From NCBI GenBank assembly GCA_964016885.1, contig OZ024765.1, positions 3,410,001 through 3,474,000 of the forward strand: a stretch of 64,000 nt of DNA, written 5' to 3'. This document shows positions 42,260 to 55,959 of the stretch, one piece after another. The position numbers and the translations under genes are program-made. The stretch's first letter is position 1; each line of letters opens with the position of its first letter. Origin of the DNA: Eledone cirrhosa. Taxonomy: Eukaryota. The notes beneath the pieces are model-generated. The model searched no databases. It was given only the letters and a program-made list of their open reading frames with translations, and had not been told where the DNA came from.

Positions 42260-42920
42260 AATACACACACAAAGAACCACTACGATTAAATTGCCTTGGT
42301 GATATTAGAAAAGATCAGAAACTTACAGTCCTCTCCCTACTTTCATGCCTTCACAACAAGCAGTCTGTATATGTATGTCTTCTTCCCTAGGGTCCCTTCT
42401 ATCTGTCTGTGTGTCAGGCCAGCCACAAGTTTTGTTTATTTGAAATGTGGGCGCAGAACGAGTGATGGCCGCAACAATTTAAGAAAGTAATGGGAGGGAA
42501 AAAAATAACAGGTTTTCGTATTGAGCCCACTGCGAGAAGTTTTTTTTAACAAGTGTCTCATATTTACTTGGGGGATTGGTTCTAGTAATTCAAAGGACTC
42601 AAGGCTGAATCACCCTGAGAATTACATTCTTTTAGTTAAGGCTACACACACGTTTTGTGACTTACATCCGTGTTCCCTGCTAGCAAGGGTTGGGATGGGT
42701 CCTGCATACTATCTTGGTCTATTTACATAAACCCGTGCAACCCTTGCTAACAGAGGAAGGGAACGTTAAACGACAATAATTATCACATATCTGTGATCCT
42801 GTCTTTTTTTTTTGTGCTCCTGAAGAAGGACTAAAGACCCGACACGTCGAACTTTCTTTCCCCTTTTCCATATAAAGCGTGAAACTAAGACTTTTGTAGC
42901 CCCGTTTGTTACTTCCTTGA

Positions 42921-42970
42921 ACTTTCCTGATGATTTGTCACGAATGAAACAGTTCTAATCTGTAAGAGCC
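42921..42970 (+). ncRNA. Degenerate family A hammerhead
   Basis: CTGATGA..GAAACAG-TTCTAAT-CTGTA is present, but stems I and II pair poorly. Confidence 0.4.
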
Positions 42971-44134
42971 TACAAATATACATATATATATGCACACACA
43001 TACACTTCGTTGATCGAACTGGAGCGCTGATCGTCGAAACCGGTTGAGGTCCATTCTATTCATTAAAAATACCAGTTAGAATTAAAATAAACCTGTCTAA
43101 CAGTTTTCTTTATCAAATATCCTTTCTCTTTATTTCCCACAAACAAACAACCAGATTCTTTTATATAATATATAACACACACACAGTTCCGAATTTACCA
43201 TTGTGCTTAGGTGTGCTTAAAACACAGGGCCAGGAGGGCGGGGTGGGGACAACTAAAAAAGTTTTTTTTACGATGATTACCTTCTTCAGGGCCCAAGGGG
43301 TCTGGATAACTTAACTAACACAAGGCCTCGTCTGTCCTAAATCCGACTACACAGTACTTACTAACGATACAAATGCCACGAAGCAAAGAAATTGTTTTTA
43401 AATGTGTGTGTATGTGTATGTGTATGTGTGTATATATATATATATATATAGCTATTAAAAACAGTCTCGTTACCGAATACTGGGTGTTTGAGATTATCTA
43501 GCAGCAATGTTTTTTATCTATATTCTTCAAAACAAAGACCCCTTCTCTATCTATCTACCAAACTATCTCCCTCACGCCTGCTTCTTCAAATCACGCATTT
43601 TATAGTAACAAAACCTTAAAAGAAAAAGGGGGTGGTCGCGTCTCATTCATAGTTATAAACCACTCGTTGTTGAATACTGTGTCTTGGGGATTCACCCACT
43701 CGCTCTCATATGTTTTGTCACACCTGACAATAAACACTACTACGCTTCGCTTCCCCTCACTAAATCTTTTTTGTAGGTTAACATTTAAAGAAAAGGGAGC
43801 GGGTGGCTTTTGTTGTTTTACAAAAAAAGAGGTTGAGATAGGTTCTTCACACACCCACATGTTATGGACCCTTTAATTACTCATTAAGAGCCGTGAGGGC
43901 AACCATCGTGTCATGGGCATTTTAAATCTGGCGAAACCTACCTTCTTTTCCGTGTCTGAAAACAACGGATTTCTACCAGGGAAGAAAGAGAGAGATTGAT
44001 AGAGAAATGAGAAAGAAATCGATGGTTAGAATCGTTTTTTTATCGACCGTGAAAGGATGGAAAGCAAAGCATTCTATCAGACCTGACGACTTCCGCCAAA
44101 TCGTCGACTAGAAATTGTTATACAAAGGCAGGTT

Positions 44135-44313
44135 GTCTATGAAGAAGGGATGCTAGAGCTGTGAAATCTTACATGTATTAATTTCAACTCTTATTAATAA
44201 CTGCATTGTTTCTTTCCAGAGACTATGGGACTATGTTGAAAAATAAACCTCATTTGGTCATCCCATGAGAGTATCTTGGTCAGCCTATGAACTTTTTCAG
44301 CCTAGCCTCGTAT
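44135..44313 (+). mobile_element. Internally deleted derivative of the same mariner family
   Basis: Shares GATGCTAGAGCTGTGAAATCTT with 8597-8640; ends in CAGCCTATGAACTTTTTCAGC..CTCGTA, roughly complementary to the 8558 terminus. Confidence 0.65.
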
Positions 44314-44659
44314 GTGGGTGGGGACAAACTGTTAAACTTATCTTACTGCTAGAAATTGTAAATATATATATATGACTAAATGACTACATGTCATTTACTA
44401 AATTATAGATAAGAGGGTATTTTTTTTTTATATAATGGACAGCTCAAAAACGTTTTCGTTGTACATAATTTGATAAGATCGTGGGTTGAATTTCAAGCAA
44501 AAGTCACATCGCAAAAGTTATTTGAGACATTAAAACATTAAATTATTAATATATGCTTTACATTATATCATATATTTCAAAATATATGATATATGTAAGA
44601 ACAACCAAGCTGTTTATTTGCAGTTAATAAATCGACTAAAAAGGTTTATTTTAGTTAAA

Positions 44660-44910
44660 ATGCCTCGGAAAAGAATCGCTGAACAGATTTTACAGGCAAA
44701 ACCAACAGGCAGGAGAGGAGACCTAGGGGTAAACCTACCCTGAGCAAGATGGTTGGATAACATCCATAAGCTTGGCTGGGGTCACGCTTAGGGATCCAAC
44801 CGGATTAGCTGGAGGCGGTTGCTTCTGACAGGACCTACTGAATAAATGCTCGAGGACTGTCCCTACGACCCCACTCCGTCAGGAATAAGTGGGTGAGGAA
44901 GACGAAGAAA
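44660..44910 (+). mobile_element. Decayed LINE 3' end (RTE-like)
   Basis: Translates MPRKRIAEQILQAKPTGRR, a typical RTE C-terminal tract; frameshifted afterwards. Confidence 0.45.
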
Positions 44911-45114
44911 TCATTGATTTTTGTTAGGATTTTTTTTTCTATTACAGCAATGGAAAAATCTATTTACCCCCAAATAACCCCCCCCCCCCCAAAAAAAATC
45001 TATTACTGTCACTGTAAATAGACTAACACTAACGACCTTTAAGCTTTAATATTACACACTAACTGACATACAAGTTCTTTAGTGTCAAGTCTACATACAT
45101 AGACTTATAATAGA

Positions 45115-45320
45115 TTTTAAATATTGCTCAACATACCACCATATATATATATTTTAAATATTGCTCAACATACCACCATATATATATATATTTTAAATAT
45201 TGCTCAACATACCACCATATATATATATATTTTAAATATTGCTCAACATACCACCATATATATATCCATATATATATTTTAAATATTGCTCAACATACCA
45301 CCATATATATATATATATAT
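45115..45320. repeat. ~38-bp minisatellite, 5 copies
   Basis: TTTTAAATATTGCTCAACATACCACC(AT)n. Confidence 0.9.
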
Positions 45321-46081
45321 AAACTAGCAAAAGAACCCGTCGTTGCTGGGCACACCTTTCGCCACTGTAAATAAAGACCCCCCCCCCCAACCTGGCCGTC
45401 TTTAAATAACCCCAGAACTATTTTAGGGGAGAAGAAGATTTTAACTATATGTTGACATGTTATGTGAGCTAAATATAAATAACCTTGTATCAAATTTGAA
45501 CAAAATCAAATGGAAACTATGGAAATGCATCGCCTGCTTACAGACATTTCGTTTTTATATATAGATAAAATATTGCTCTAGACGTCAAAACTATATATAT
45601 TATATATAGTTAAGAAATGTTGATACGGTAAAACGATATAGAGTTGAATACTGATCTACACATCACAAACATATCAATATTGTGTGTGTTTATGTATATC
45701 ATTTCATTTCATTTTTACGTCCGCTTTTTCCCTGCTTGCAAGGGTGGGACGGAAACTGATTCTGGCTTGATTTCTACAGCTGGATGCCCTTCCTAACACC
45801 AACCTCATTTACAGTGAGTGCTGGGTGCTTTTTTGCCGTGGCACCTCCACGACCACTTTGCAGTGGAATGATAGGGACTTGGGTCCCTATCATCTCATTT
45901 CTACAGCTGAGAAAACTGGAGCAATGTGAAATAAAGTGTCTTGCTCAAGGAAACAACACATCACCCGGTCTGGGAATTGAACTCACAACCTTTTGATTGC
46001 AAGACCAATATATATATATATATATATGTGTGTGATAGGTTTCGGCCAATACTGGCCGAAACTTATCACACATACAAGACG

Positions 46082-46134
<53 letters not shown>

Positions 46135-46287
46135 TATACATACATATATATACATATATATATTAATATATATGATAAACACAAGACGTGTTTGTATTGT
46201 AACAGACAAAGTTAGCTAGCATGGAATAAACTAAAGTGAATACAATTTGTCTGTCTCGATATAGTCAATAAAGACAAGCTTATATTA

Positions 46288-46340
<53 letters not shown>

Positions 46341-46507
46341 TATCCTACATCTGACCGAGATGTTTTGAAAAATAGTCGGGGGTGGGGTGGGGGGCGTCAC
46401 CTTGATTGTTTCCTGAGCTGATCGATATTGAAACATCTGTAATATGCCAATAAAATATGTGTATATGCTGCAACAGTGACTTCGATTCTCAATATTTCAA
46501 CACACGT

Positions 46508-46592
46508 TAAATTTGCCTTTCATCCTTACGGGGTCGATAAAATAAAGTACCAGTAATACACTGACCTTAAGCCAATAGTAGAAACAATTATT
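46508..46592 (+). mobile_element. SINE family 1, 3' part
   Basis: Body and tail match. Confidence 0.75.
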
Positions 46593-46774
46593 ATAGAGAA
46601 ATATTTTTCTTAGAATCAATAAAGCTCACTGAAACCAAACATAGCAAGAAATAGCTTAGATCCCTTCCACTTTCCAGCTACCCTATAATCAGAAATAGCT
46701 CAAGTCTGCTCCAATCAAATACCCTATTGCTAGAAGTAGCTTTGAAACCCTTCCAATCAAACCCTATTTATTGA

Positions 46775-46970
46775 TAGAAATAGCTTTAAATCCCTTCCAA
46801 TCAGTTGCTAGATATAGCTTAAATCCCTTCCAATCAGTTGCTAGATATAGCTTAAATCCCTTCCAATCAGTTGCTAGATATAGCTTAAATCCCTTCCAAT
46901 CAGTTGCTAGATATAGCTTAAATCCCTTCCAATCAGTTGCTAGATATAGCTTAAATCCCTTCCAATCAGT
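46775..46970. repeat. 33-bp minisatellite, about 6 copies
   Basis: GCTAGATATAGCTTAAATCCCTTCCAATCAGTT. Confidence 0.9.
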
Positions 46971-47329
46971 CGCCGGATTGCTGGAAACAGCATAAATCCC
47001 TTCCTTCCAATGACAGACACCATATTGCTTGTTGAAGTAGTTGACGAAATGTCCTCTCCCCCTTCCGCCAAACAACACGCTAGTCTGACAAATGACACGT
47101 TAGTCAACGACAGAGAGTAACTGACATAGGACTGGGACTGAAAACTGAGAAATAAATTATTAAAACAAACACTATATATCCTAAATTATATGACGATCTT
47201 TGAAATTACTTTTCAACAAAACCCTTTATTAAATAAAAACCCCGAATTCCACCACCAACAACAACCCCTATTAAAAACACGGTATTTTAAGCACTAAACT
47301 ATGATCGTTCCAAACGTATCGACAAACCA

Positions 47330-47855
47330 TATCCATGAGTAAATTTTTAGTAAATTATTACAATCACGTCTCGCGTTATATGAAATTTGTACCATATTGT
47401 GGGTAAATTATTACAATCACGTCTCGCGTTACATGAAATTTGTACCATATTATGGGTAAATTTTTAGTAAATCTTTCAATCACACGTCTCGCGTTAGATG
47501 AAATTTGTACCATATCGGTTAAATTTTTAGTAATTTTTTTTTACAATCACACATCTCGCGTTAGATGAAATTTGTACCATATTATGGGTAAATTTTTACA
47601 ATCACACATCTCGCGATAGATGAAATTTGTACCATATTATGGGTAAATTTTTAGTAAATTGTTACAATCATCCAGCTCGCGTTAGATGAAATTTGTACCA
47701 TATTATGGGTAAATTTTTACAATCATCCAGCTCGCGTTAGATGAAATTTGTACCATATTATTGGTAAATTTTTAGTAAATTTTTACAATCACACAGCTCG
47801 CGTTAGATGAAATTTGTACCATATGATGGGTAAATTTTTACAATTACACGTTCTC
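47330..47855. repeat. ~57-70-bp tandem repeat, about 8 copies
   Basis: CTCGCGTTAGATGAAATTTGTACCATATTATGGGTAAATT recurs. Confidence 0.9.
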
Positions 47856-48488
47856 GTGTAAAGGCAAAGGGTCTTTGATTTTTGGTGTATTGAACAAATC
47901 TAGATTCATTTAAAATATCAAAAACCACAAAAATTAATAAAGAAATGTCACCACCAACGTTAATACTATCAAATCTAGCCTTCATTAAAGAAAAGAACTT
48001 GGGATCTACTTCTAGCAGTTAGAAAGGTTTACACAGGAAACAAAACCACGTTGGGTTAGATGTAAAAAGAAAAGGGATTATATGTACATTACATATATAT
48101 ATAAAAAAAATCCCTATTAACCAGGAACAAAGATGACAGGCTGTGTAGGAAAGGAAAGGGATAAAGAGATATTAAAATAGGTTTTTTTTTTTAAAAAGGG
48201 TATTTAAATTAAGGGAGAGAGGGGTATTTAAGGGGAGGTGACATTTAACAAGTGAATCACACAAAGGCATTGTAACCGTACGTAGTAAGGTAAAAAAAAA
48301 GCGGGAATTTAGAAACGACGCGCCCCATGCAGCGTGGATGAAATATATACACACATTATATATATATCTATATATATAATGTATATATCTATATATATAA
48401 TGTATATATCTATATATATAATGTATATATCTATATATATAATGTATATATCTATATATATAATGTATATATCTATATATAATGTATA

Positions 48489-48524
<36 letters not shown>

Positions 48525-49200
48525 AAAGATACAATCGTAAAAATATAACTAGCTATATGTATATATATAATTACAAGTGACAAACAGGTACTCAAGTTTC
48601 GTAGGGTTCTGGCCCCCAATTCGTTCAACACGTCATGACTAAACATATATAAACTAAAACATAACTTTGATAGGTTTCGGCCAGTCAGTATTGGCCCAGG
48701 CCATGTCTAACTTAATAGCACCACCAATCATATATATATATATAAGTTAAACAAAGTTCAATGAATAAATCAAAGAATGAGTTTTACAATAGATTGGAAG
48801 CACTCAACAATTATGGTTTTCATGAGGACGTACTGTTGAATTTAACTCAGTACCTCTGAAATATGTATAATAAAATATAGTTGATCACAAGAATATCTAT
48901 TTTGTTTATATTTTGAATTAATATCTATTTATATATATATATAAATATATAAATATATATATATATATATATGTGTGTGATTGCTCAAATTTCGTTTTTT
49001 GATCAATATGTAAAAATACTAGTTCCATAAATATTCATTTAACAGTTATTTTTGTTTAGTATAAAGCTGAATCTACAAATAACAGCAATTGTAATTAAAG
49101 TTGCTTTAGGATTTTATATCTATCTATATATAGGAAGTTTTGACAAGCCTAAAGGAACATTTATATATATATATATAAATATATATATATCATAAAATGT

Positions 49201-49275
<75 letters not shown>

Positions 49276-49725
49276 TATAAGTATGTACAGCCGTACTAAG
49301 AGTGGGAAATGAAATTTCGTTTCATTTTTTCCGTACATATATATATATTGTATTTTTAAATAGTCGTCGCAATGCAGACAACTATAATAATAGTTGATAA
49401 CTATAAATGTTTAAATAATTAGAGTATGACAACAATACCTCTTTGGAGACGGGAAATACGATCATTTAAGCATAAATGCCTGCGTGGAGACGAACCATCA
49501 ATCTTTATACATGTGTCTCTGTCTAGAGAGTGTGTATGTGTGAATATGAAGATTGGGGACGTGCGTGTGTTGTGTCAACTGGCCTAAATACTTTATCTAA
49601 ACTATCCGTATGGTAGATGTGTATGTGTGGCAGATAGGAAAGTTTTGTTTTTTTTCCCTCAATTTTCAAGTGCTTTCTATAATAATCGACTAACAACTAC
49701 TGCTTATATATACACACACATACAC

Positions 49726-49759
<34 letters not shown>

Positions 49760-50004
49760 ACAGTAGTTCAGGATTAAATATATATTGACTTATAGAAAAA
49801 AAGTTAGTATAAAAGTTCCAAGTGTTTTCTATAATGATCGACAAATTACTGCTTATATAAACACAATATATATATATATATATATATATATTAGTTCAGA
49901 ATTAAATATATATAAATATATATTTACTTATAGGGAAGACGGTGAAAGTAAGAAAAAAAAAAAAAAAAAAAAAAAAAAATCACACGAAAAAAAGTTATAC
50001 CACG

Positions 50005-50050
<46 letters not shown>

Positions 50051-50340
50051 TACATATATATATACATATATATATACATACATACATATATATATATACA
50101 TATATATATACATACATACATACTACACACACTATGATATACGCATCACACATGGGTATATATTTTGGCATATGGTTAAAAATATACAACCCCAAAACAC
50201 GTGCATCTATTGTTTAATAAGATCGTTAAAAATATTAAAAATCATAAAATGAAAACATTATATATAATGTATATATAGTATATATAAAGTATATATATTA
50301 TATACATGTATATATAATATATGTAGAAGTTTATACTCAC

Positions 50341-50382
50341 ACAAACCGATTCTTTAATATCGTAGAGAGTAACTGAAGTCAT
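50341..50382 (-). CDS. Tis11: Tis11/ZFP36L coding exon 1 (MTSVTLYDIKESVC)
   Basis: aatATG with an in-frame TGA at 50419-50421; 14 codons resembling the ZFP36L1 N-terminus (MTTTLVSATIFDLSEVLCK); consensus donor GTGAGT at 50335-50340; phase 0 matches the exon 2 acceptor. Confidence 0.85.
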
Positions 50383-51185
50383 ATTCCAAAAGTTTGTGAG
50401 TAGTTGGGGGCTTTTTATTCACCCAGCTTTTGGTGTATGTTATAGTGGGGCGTGTTGTGCGACTTAAGTTGATACTTCAAAGGTGGGGGTAGGTAGTTTG
50501 TTGTTTGTTTGTGGTGGGGCGTCAAAAGAGGCTTTAAAATGTGTGGTGGGGTGAGCGGCGGTGTTGTGTTGATGAAATTGGTGGAAAATAATTTTTTTGT
50601 AAACACACAAACAAGAAACGTCTAAGAAATGCTGTATAAATATATATATAGTTATGTATATATATTTAATGTGTATATAAATATATAGTTATGTATATAT
50701 ATATGTAATATGTATATAAATATATATATAGTTTTATATATATTTAATGTGTATGTAATTATGATTCTGGTCCCACTCAAAATTCAGCAAAAATGTTTAT
50801 AGCACCAAATGTATTTAATTTTTTCTCCTTATTCCAGTTTCGATCATTAATCAATGATATATAAAATCGATTATGATACGTTACACACAGATAGAATAAA
50901 TATATTTTAAATATTTAAAAAGTTATATATATATATTTGTTTTTAAACACACACGAATCAATCCAAAAATAATTTTAAATTAAAGCAAGCAAAGAAATCG
51001 CGTTTTTTTTTTTTAAAGTTTGTTGTTGTTGCTGTTGCTGTGGTCCTTATTTACGTTTTTTTTTTTCCCTTTTTGGGGGGTTTTTTTTTTGGTTAATTTT
51101 TATCTCTCCTTTCACCTGACGAGGTGGTATGTTTTAGAGACCATTGCTCTTGCAACAGCAGCTTTCGCTAACACAACTAAGTCCT

Positions 51186-51221
51186 CTTTATAAACTGTTG
51201 AAAATTATAGTGTGCTTTATA
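51186..51221 (-). promoter_or_regulatory. Candidate TATA boxes for Tis11
   Basis: TATAAAG at 51186-51192 and 51215-51221 on the minus strand, at the edge of the unique leader region; weak evidence in AT-rich DNA. Confidence 0.25.
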
Positions 51222-51238
51222 CTTATATAAATATATAT

Positions 51239-51279
<41 letters not shown>

Positions 51280-51633
51280 AAGAGACGTAGACACACCCCA
51301 CACTAGCACGGACGAAGGGGGAGAGAGAGATATAGATATATAGAGAGAGAGGGGAAAAGGGAGAGACGATCATATAAGCAGAGAGGGGTAGAGAGTAAGA
51401 CTTAGATATATATAGAGAGAAAAAAGAGACATACATACATAGAGAGACGGATATATATAAAGAGAGAGGGAGGTAGAGACATACACACATAGAGAAAGAG
51501 AGTGAGAGAGACAGATATATAATAAGAGAGGGAGAGAGAGAAATACATACTTACAGAGATAGAGAGAGTAAGACGGACATTCAAGGAGAGAGAGAAATAC
51601 ATACATGCAGAGAGAGAGTAAGAAGGACATACA

Positions 51634-51670
<37 letters not shown>

Positions 51671-51812
51671 GTACAGAGATAGAGGAAGAGAGAGAAAGAC
51701 ACAAACATACAAGGAGAGAGGGAGATACAGACACACATACATACAAGAAGGGAGAGAGAGAGAGAGAGTTAGAGACACAAACACACATAAATTAAAACAC
51801 GCACGTAGCACT

Positions 51813-51843
51813 GGGCGGAGTTAAAAGTGAGATGTGGGCGGGG
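51813..51843. promoter_or_regulatory. Pair of GC boxes (Sp/KLF-type) upstream of exon 1
   Basis: GGGCGGAG and GGGCGGGG within 31 bp of unique sequence, about 1.4 kb 5' of the ATG. Confidence 0.35.
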
Positions 51844-51919
51844 ACTAAATGATGGTTGAAAGTTTCATATGAATGGCTTGTAATGATGTGAAGTTTTACT
51901 GGAGAGCGGAAGGAGAAAA

Positions 51920-54235
51920 AGTGGTGGTGGCGATGGTGGGGGAGATACTACAATGGTGGTGGTGGTGGGGATGTTTATGGCAATGGTGGCGGCGATGGTG
52001 GGGGAGATACTACAATGGTGGTGGTGGTGGGGATGTTTATGGCAATGGTGGCGGTGGTGGTTGGGGAGATACTACAATGGTGGTGGTGGTGGGGATGTTT
52101 ATGGCAATGGTGGCGATGGTTGGGGAGATACTACAATGGTGGTGGTGGGGATGTTTATGGCAATGGTGGCGGTGATGGTTGGGGAGATACTACAATGGTG
52201 GTGGTGGTGGGGATGTTTATGGCAATGGTAGTGATGGTGGGGTGATACTACAATGGTGGTGGTGGTGGGGATGTTTATGGCAATGGTGGCGGTGGTGGTG
52301 GGGGTGATACTACAATGGTGGTGGTGGTGGGGATGTTTATGGCAATGGTGGCGGCGGTGGTTGGGGAGATACTACAATGGTGGTGGTGGTGGGGATGTTT
52401 ATGGCAATGGTGGCGGCGGTGGTTGGGGAGATACTACAATGGTGGTGGTGGTGGGGATGTTTATGGCAATGGTGGTGGCGATGGTTGGGGAGATACTACA
52501 ATGGTGGTGGTGGTGGAGATGTTTATGGCAATGGTGGTGGCGATGGTTGGGGAGATACTACAATGGTGGTGGTGGTGGGGATGTTTATGGCAATGGTGGC
52601 GGCGGTGGTTGGGGAGATACTACAATGGTGGTGGTGGTGGGGATGTTTATGGCAATGGTGGTGGCGATGGTTGGGGAGATACTACAATGGTGGTGGTGGT
52701 GGGGATGTTTATGGCAATGGTGGTGGCGATGGTTGGGGAGATACTACAATGGTGGTGGTGGTGGGGATGTTTATGGCAATGGTGGCGGCGATGGTTGGGG
52801 GAGATACTACAATGGTGGTGGTGGTGGGGATGTTTATGGCAATGGTGGTGGCGATGGTTGGGGAGATACTACAATGGTGGTGGTGGTGGGGATGTTTATG
52901 GCAATGGTGGCGGCGGTGAGGGAGCTACTACAATGGTGGTGGTGGAGGAGCTGCTACAATGGTGGTGGCGGTGGTGGTGGGGGATGCTTATGGCAATGGT
53001 GGCGGTGGTGGTGGGGGTGATACTACAATGGTGGTGGTGGTGGTGGTGGTGGTGTGGATGCTTATGGCAATGGTGGCGGCGGTGAGGGAGCTACTACAGT
53101 GGTGGTGGTGGTGGTGGGGGAGATACTACAATGGTGGTGGTGGTGGTGGTGGTAGTGGGGATGCTTGTGGCAATGGTGGTGGGGGAGATACTACAATGGT
53201 GGGGGGGGCTCATGGCAATGGTGGCGGCGGTGGGAGAGATACTACAATGGTAGTGGTGGTGGGGATGCTTATGGCCGATGGTGGCGGCGGTGAGGGGGCT
53301 ACTACAATGGTGGTGGGGATGGTGGCGATGGTGGGGGGAGATACTACAATGGTAGTGGTGGTGGTGGTAGTGGGGATGTTTATGGCCGATGGTGGCGGCG
53401 GTGAGGGAGCTACTACAATGGTAGTGGTGGTGGGGATGGTGGCGATGGTGGGGGAGATACTACAATGGTAGTGGTGGGGATGGTGGAGGAGATACTACAA
53501 TGGTAGTGGTGGTGGTGGTAGTGGGGATGCTTATGGCAATGGTGGTGATGGTGGGGGAGATACTACAATGGTGGTGTGTGTGGGGGGGGGGCTTATGACA
53601 ATAGTGGCGGCGGTGAGGGAGATACAACAATGGTGGTGGTGGTGGTGGTGGGGATAGTTATAGCAATGGTGGTGTTGGTGGTATGGTGGTGGTGGAGGTA
53701 GTGACAGTGGTGTTATCGCTGGTGGTGGGGTAGTGGTGGTGGTTGTGGTAGTGACAGTGGTGTTATCGCTGGTGGTGGGGTAGTGGTGGTGGTGGTGGTA
53801 GTGACAGTGGTGTTATCGCTGGTGGTGGGGTAGTGGTGGTGGTGGTGGTGGTGTTGTTGGTGTTGGTGGTGGAGGTAGTGACAGTGGTGTTATCGCTGGT
53901 GGGGTAGTGGTGGTGGTGGTGGTGGTGGTGGTGGTGGTGGTGGTGGTGGTGGTGGTGGTGGTGGTTATGGTGTTGTTGGTGGTGGTGGTGGAGGTAGTGA
54001 CAGTGGTGTTATCGCTGGTGGGGTAGTGGTGGTGGTGGTGGTGGTGGTGGTGGTGGTGGTGGTTATGGTGTTGTTGGTGGTGGTGGTGGAGGTAGTGACA
54101 GTGGTGTTATCGCTGGTGGGGTAATGGTGGTGGTGGTGGTGGTAGTTATGGTGTTGTTGGTGGTGGTGGTGGAGGTAGTGACAGTGGTGTTATCGCTGGT
54201 GGGGTAGTGGTGGTGGTGGTGGTGGTGGTGTCGCC
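51920..54235. repeat. G-rich 62-bp (2 x ~31) minisatellite grading into (GGT)n arrays
   Basis: GGGGAGATACTACAATGGTGGTGGTGGT alternates with GGGGATGTTTATGGCAATGGTGGCGG. Confidence 0.95.
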
Positions 54236-54293
54236 GCTGCTGCTGCTACTGTTATTGTTGGTGGTGGTGTTAGAAATTACGGTGCTGTACTTG

Positions 54294-54378
54294 AAGGCGC
54301 ATGGCTTAGTGGTTAGAGCATTGGGCTTGCTATGGAGTGGTTGTGAGTTCGATTCTCGTACTGGGTGACTGCGGGTCT
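54294..54378 (+). mobile_element. tRNA-derived SINE head (family 3)
   Basis: A box TGGCTTAGTGG, B box GAGTTCGATTC; related pieces at 54762-54840, 45895-46000 (minus) and 5520-5610 (minus). Confidence 0.65.
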
Positions 54379-54965
54379 TCCACAAACACCCTTAACCAGA
54401 CTTTGAGCCACGGACGAGAACTTTTCTAGGTGCAAGTCCCATGGGGATTTCTGACCAGAAGGAAGAGGTCTTTACCCTTACTCTTTAGTTAGCTTGGTGA
54501 AGAAGAAGCTGTACCAGTGGCCAGGTCGCAGAGTGTGCGACGATAACTTTTACACCAAGAGATAAAAGATTAATGGATACGTGAGATATCTTTACCAAAA
54601 GACCGCCATAATGGAATGAGATGGGATGGGATGGAATGGAAGGCACTCCGTCAGTTACAACGATGAGTATGCCAGCCATCCTTAGCAATCTCATGTAGCA
54701 CCCATCCAACATCTGCGTGAGTTTCTTGGTCAGTGTCAAAGTCTCAGACCCGATTCGCAATCGTAAGGTTGTGAGTTCGATTCCTGGACCAGGCGATGCG
54801 TTATGTCCTTGAGCAAGACACTTTATTTCACGTTGCTCCTTCTACCTGGAGTTGCGACCGATAGATAGTATTAGCAATTGGAAAGACCAACGGAAACATT
54901 GTTCCCTCGGTCCGATTTGACGAAAGTCGATCGTTTAAGATATATATATATATATATATATAGAT

Positions 54966-55013
54966 GAGATTCTACAGGACTAGAACTGTTTCATTCATTA
55001 GAAATCATCAGGA
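54966..55013 (-). ncRNA. Family A hammerhead, mirror copy with short stem I
   Basis: Exact reverse complement of the 55017-55064 core; only 2 bp of stem I are retained. Confidence 0.5.
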
Positions 55014-55064
55014 GATTCCTGATGATTTCTAATGAATGAAACAGTTCTAGTCCTGTAGAATCTC
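55012..55064 (+). ncRNA. Type I hammerhead ribozyme (family A, best copy)
   Basis: GAGATTC-CTGATGA-TTTCTAATGAAT-GAAACAG-TTCTAGTC-CTGTA^GAATCTC; perfect 7-bp stem I; cut after 55057. Confidence 0.8.
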
Positions 55065-55675
55065 ATCTATATTAAAACTTTTATACTCTGCTATGTATTG
55101 AGTACCTTACTTACTGTGGTTACCTCCGATTCAACCCGGAATAACGTAACTATATATATATATATATACGATATTAACAAATGGAAACTATATACATATT
55201 TCAAGGACACCAAGTTAAATTATGGTGTGCTTTCATCAGATAAAATAAAATATAGAGCAGTTTTATAAATAAATATTGACATACCCTTAAAGAATGCGAC
55301 CATTACTGTTGGAAGCTCCCGGATAAGTCGCGTTCTCCCAGTAATGGTCGCATTCTTTAAGGGTATGTCAATATATTTTATCTGATGAAAGCACACCATA
55401 ATTTAACGTCGAGGTCATACTTTTTCCTATATATATATATATATATATACAGGGAGTGTAACATGAAGTTACTGTAGGTTCACCCACTCGATGTTTAGGT
55501 TCATGTCACCAGTTACTACAACAGCGGTCCGACGAGCTTTTGATTCGGCCAGATTGATATAGATCGAACCTTGAGCTGATCAATAGTGAAACGCGCGTCA
55601 CCAATCAATAAACGTAATGAAGGCTTAACAAATCGTCCTTGTATTAATTATTATTATTAGTATATATAATCAGAG

Positions 55676-55866
55676 GGCGGTGGATTGGCAATATCGGTAG
55701 AGGGTCGGACACCATGCTTTGAAGCATAGAGTTACGTCCCTTTATGATCTGAGTTCAAATCCCGCCGAAGTTAACTTTGCCTTTCACCCTTACGGGGTCG
55801 ATAAAATAAAGTACCAGTAATGCACTGGTTAATTGCTGGCCTTGTGCCTAACGTAGAAACAATTAT
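55676..55866 (+). mobile_element. tRNA-derived SINE family 1, near full length
   Basis: A-box-like 5' end, B box GAGTTCAAATCCC, body TTTGCCTTTCA..GGGGTCGATAAAATAAAGTACCAGT; more than 15 copies or fragments in the window. Confidence 0.85.
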
Positions 55867-55959
55867 CAGTATATATATATATATATATAAGGGGAAAAAA
55901 AGATGAAATCGAAAATGCAACTGGAGTGTTTTTTTTTTAAATATATATATTTATTTGGT

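Noticed and set aside
42819-42852. CTGAAGAAGG..CCCGACACGTC and CTAATGAAGGG..CCCGAACC (60337-60365) as active hammerheads
   Set aside because: Core positions are mutated; counted only as relics.
51873-53471. Gly/Tyr/Trp-rich ORFs resembling structural proteins
   Set aside because: The 62-bp period is not a multiple of 3 and all frames cycle through the same peptides.
54294-54378. Possible tRNA gene
   Set aside because: A and B boxes are present but no complete cloverleaf; consistent with a SINE head.
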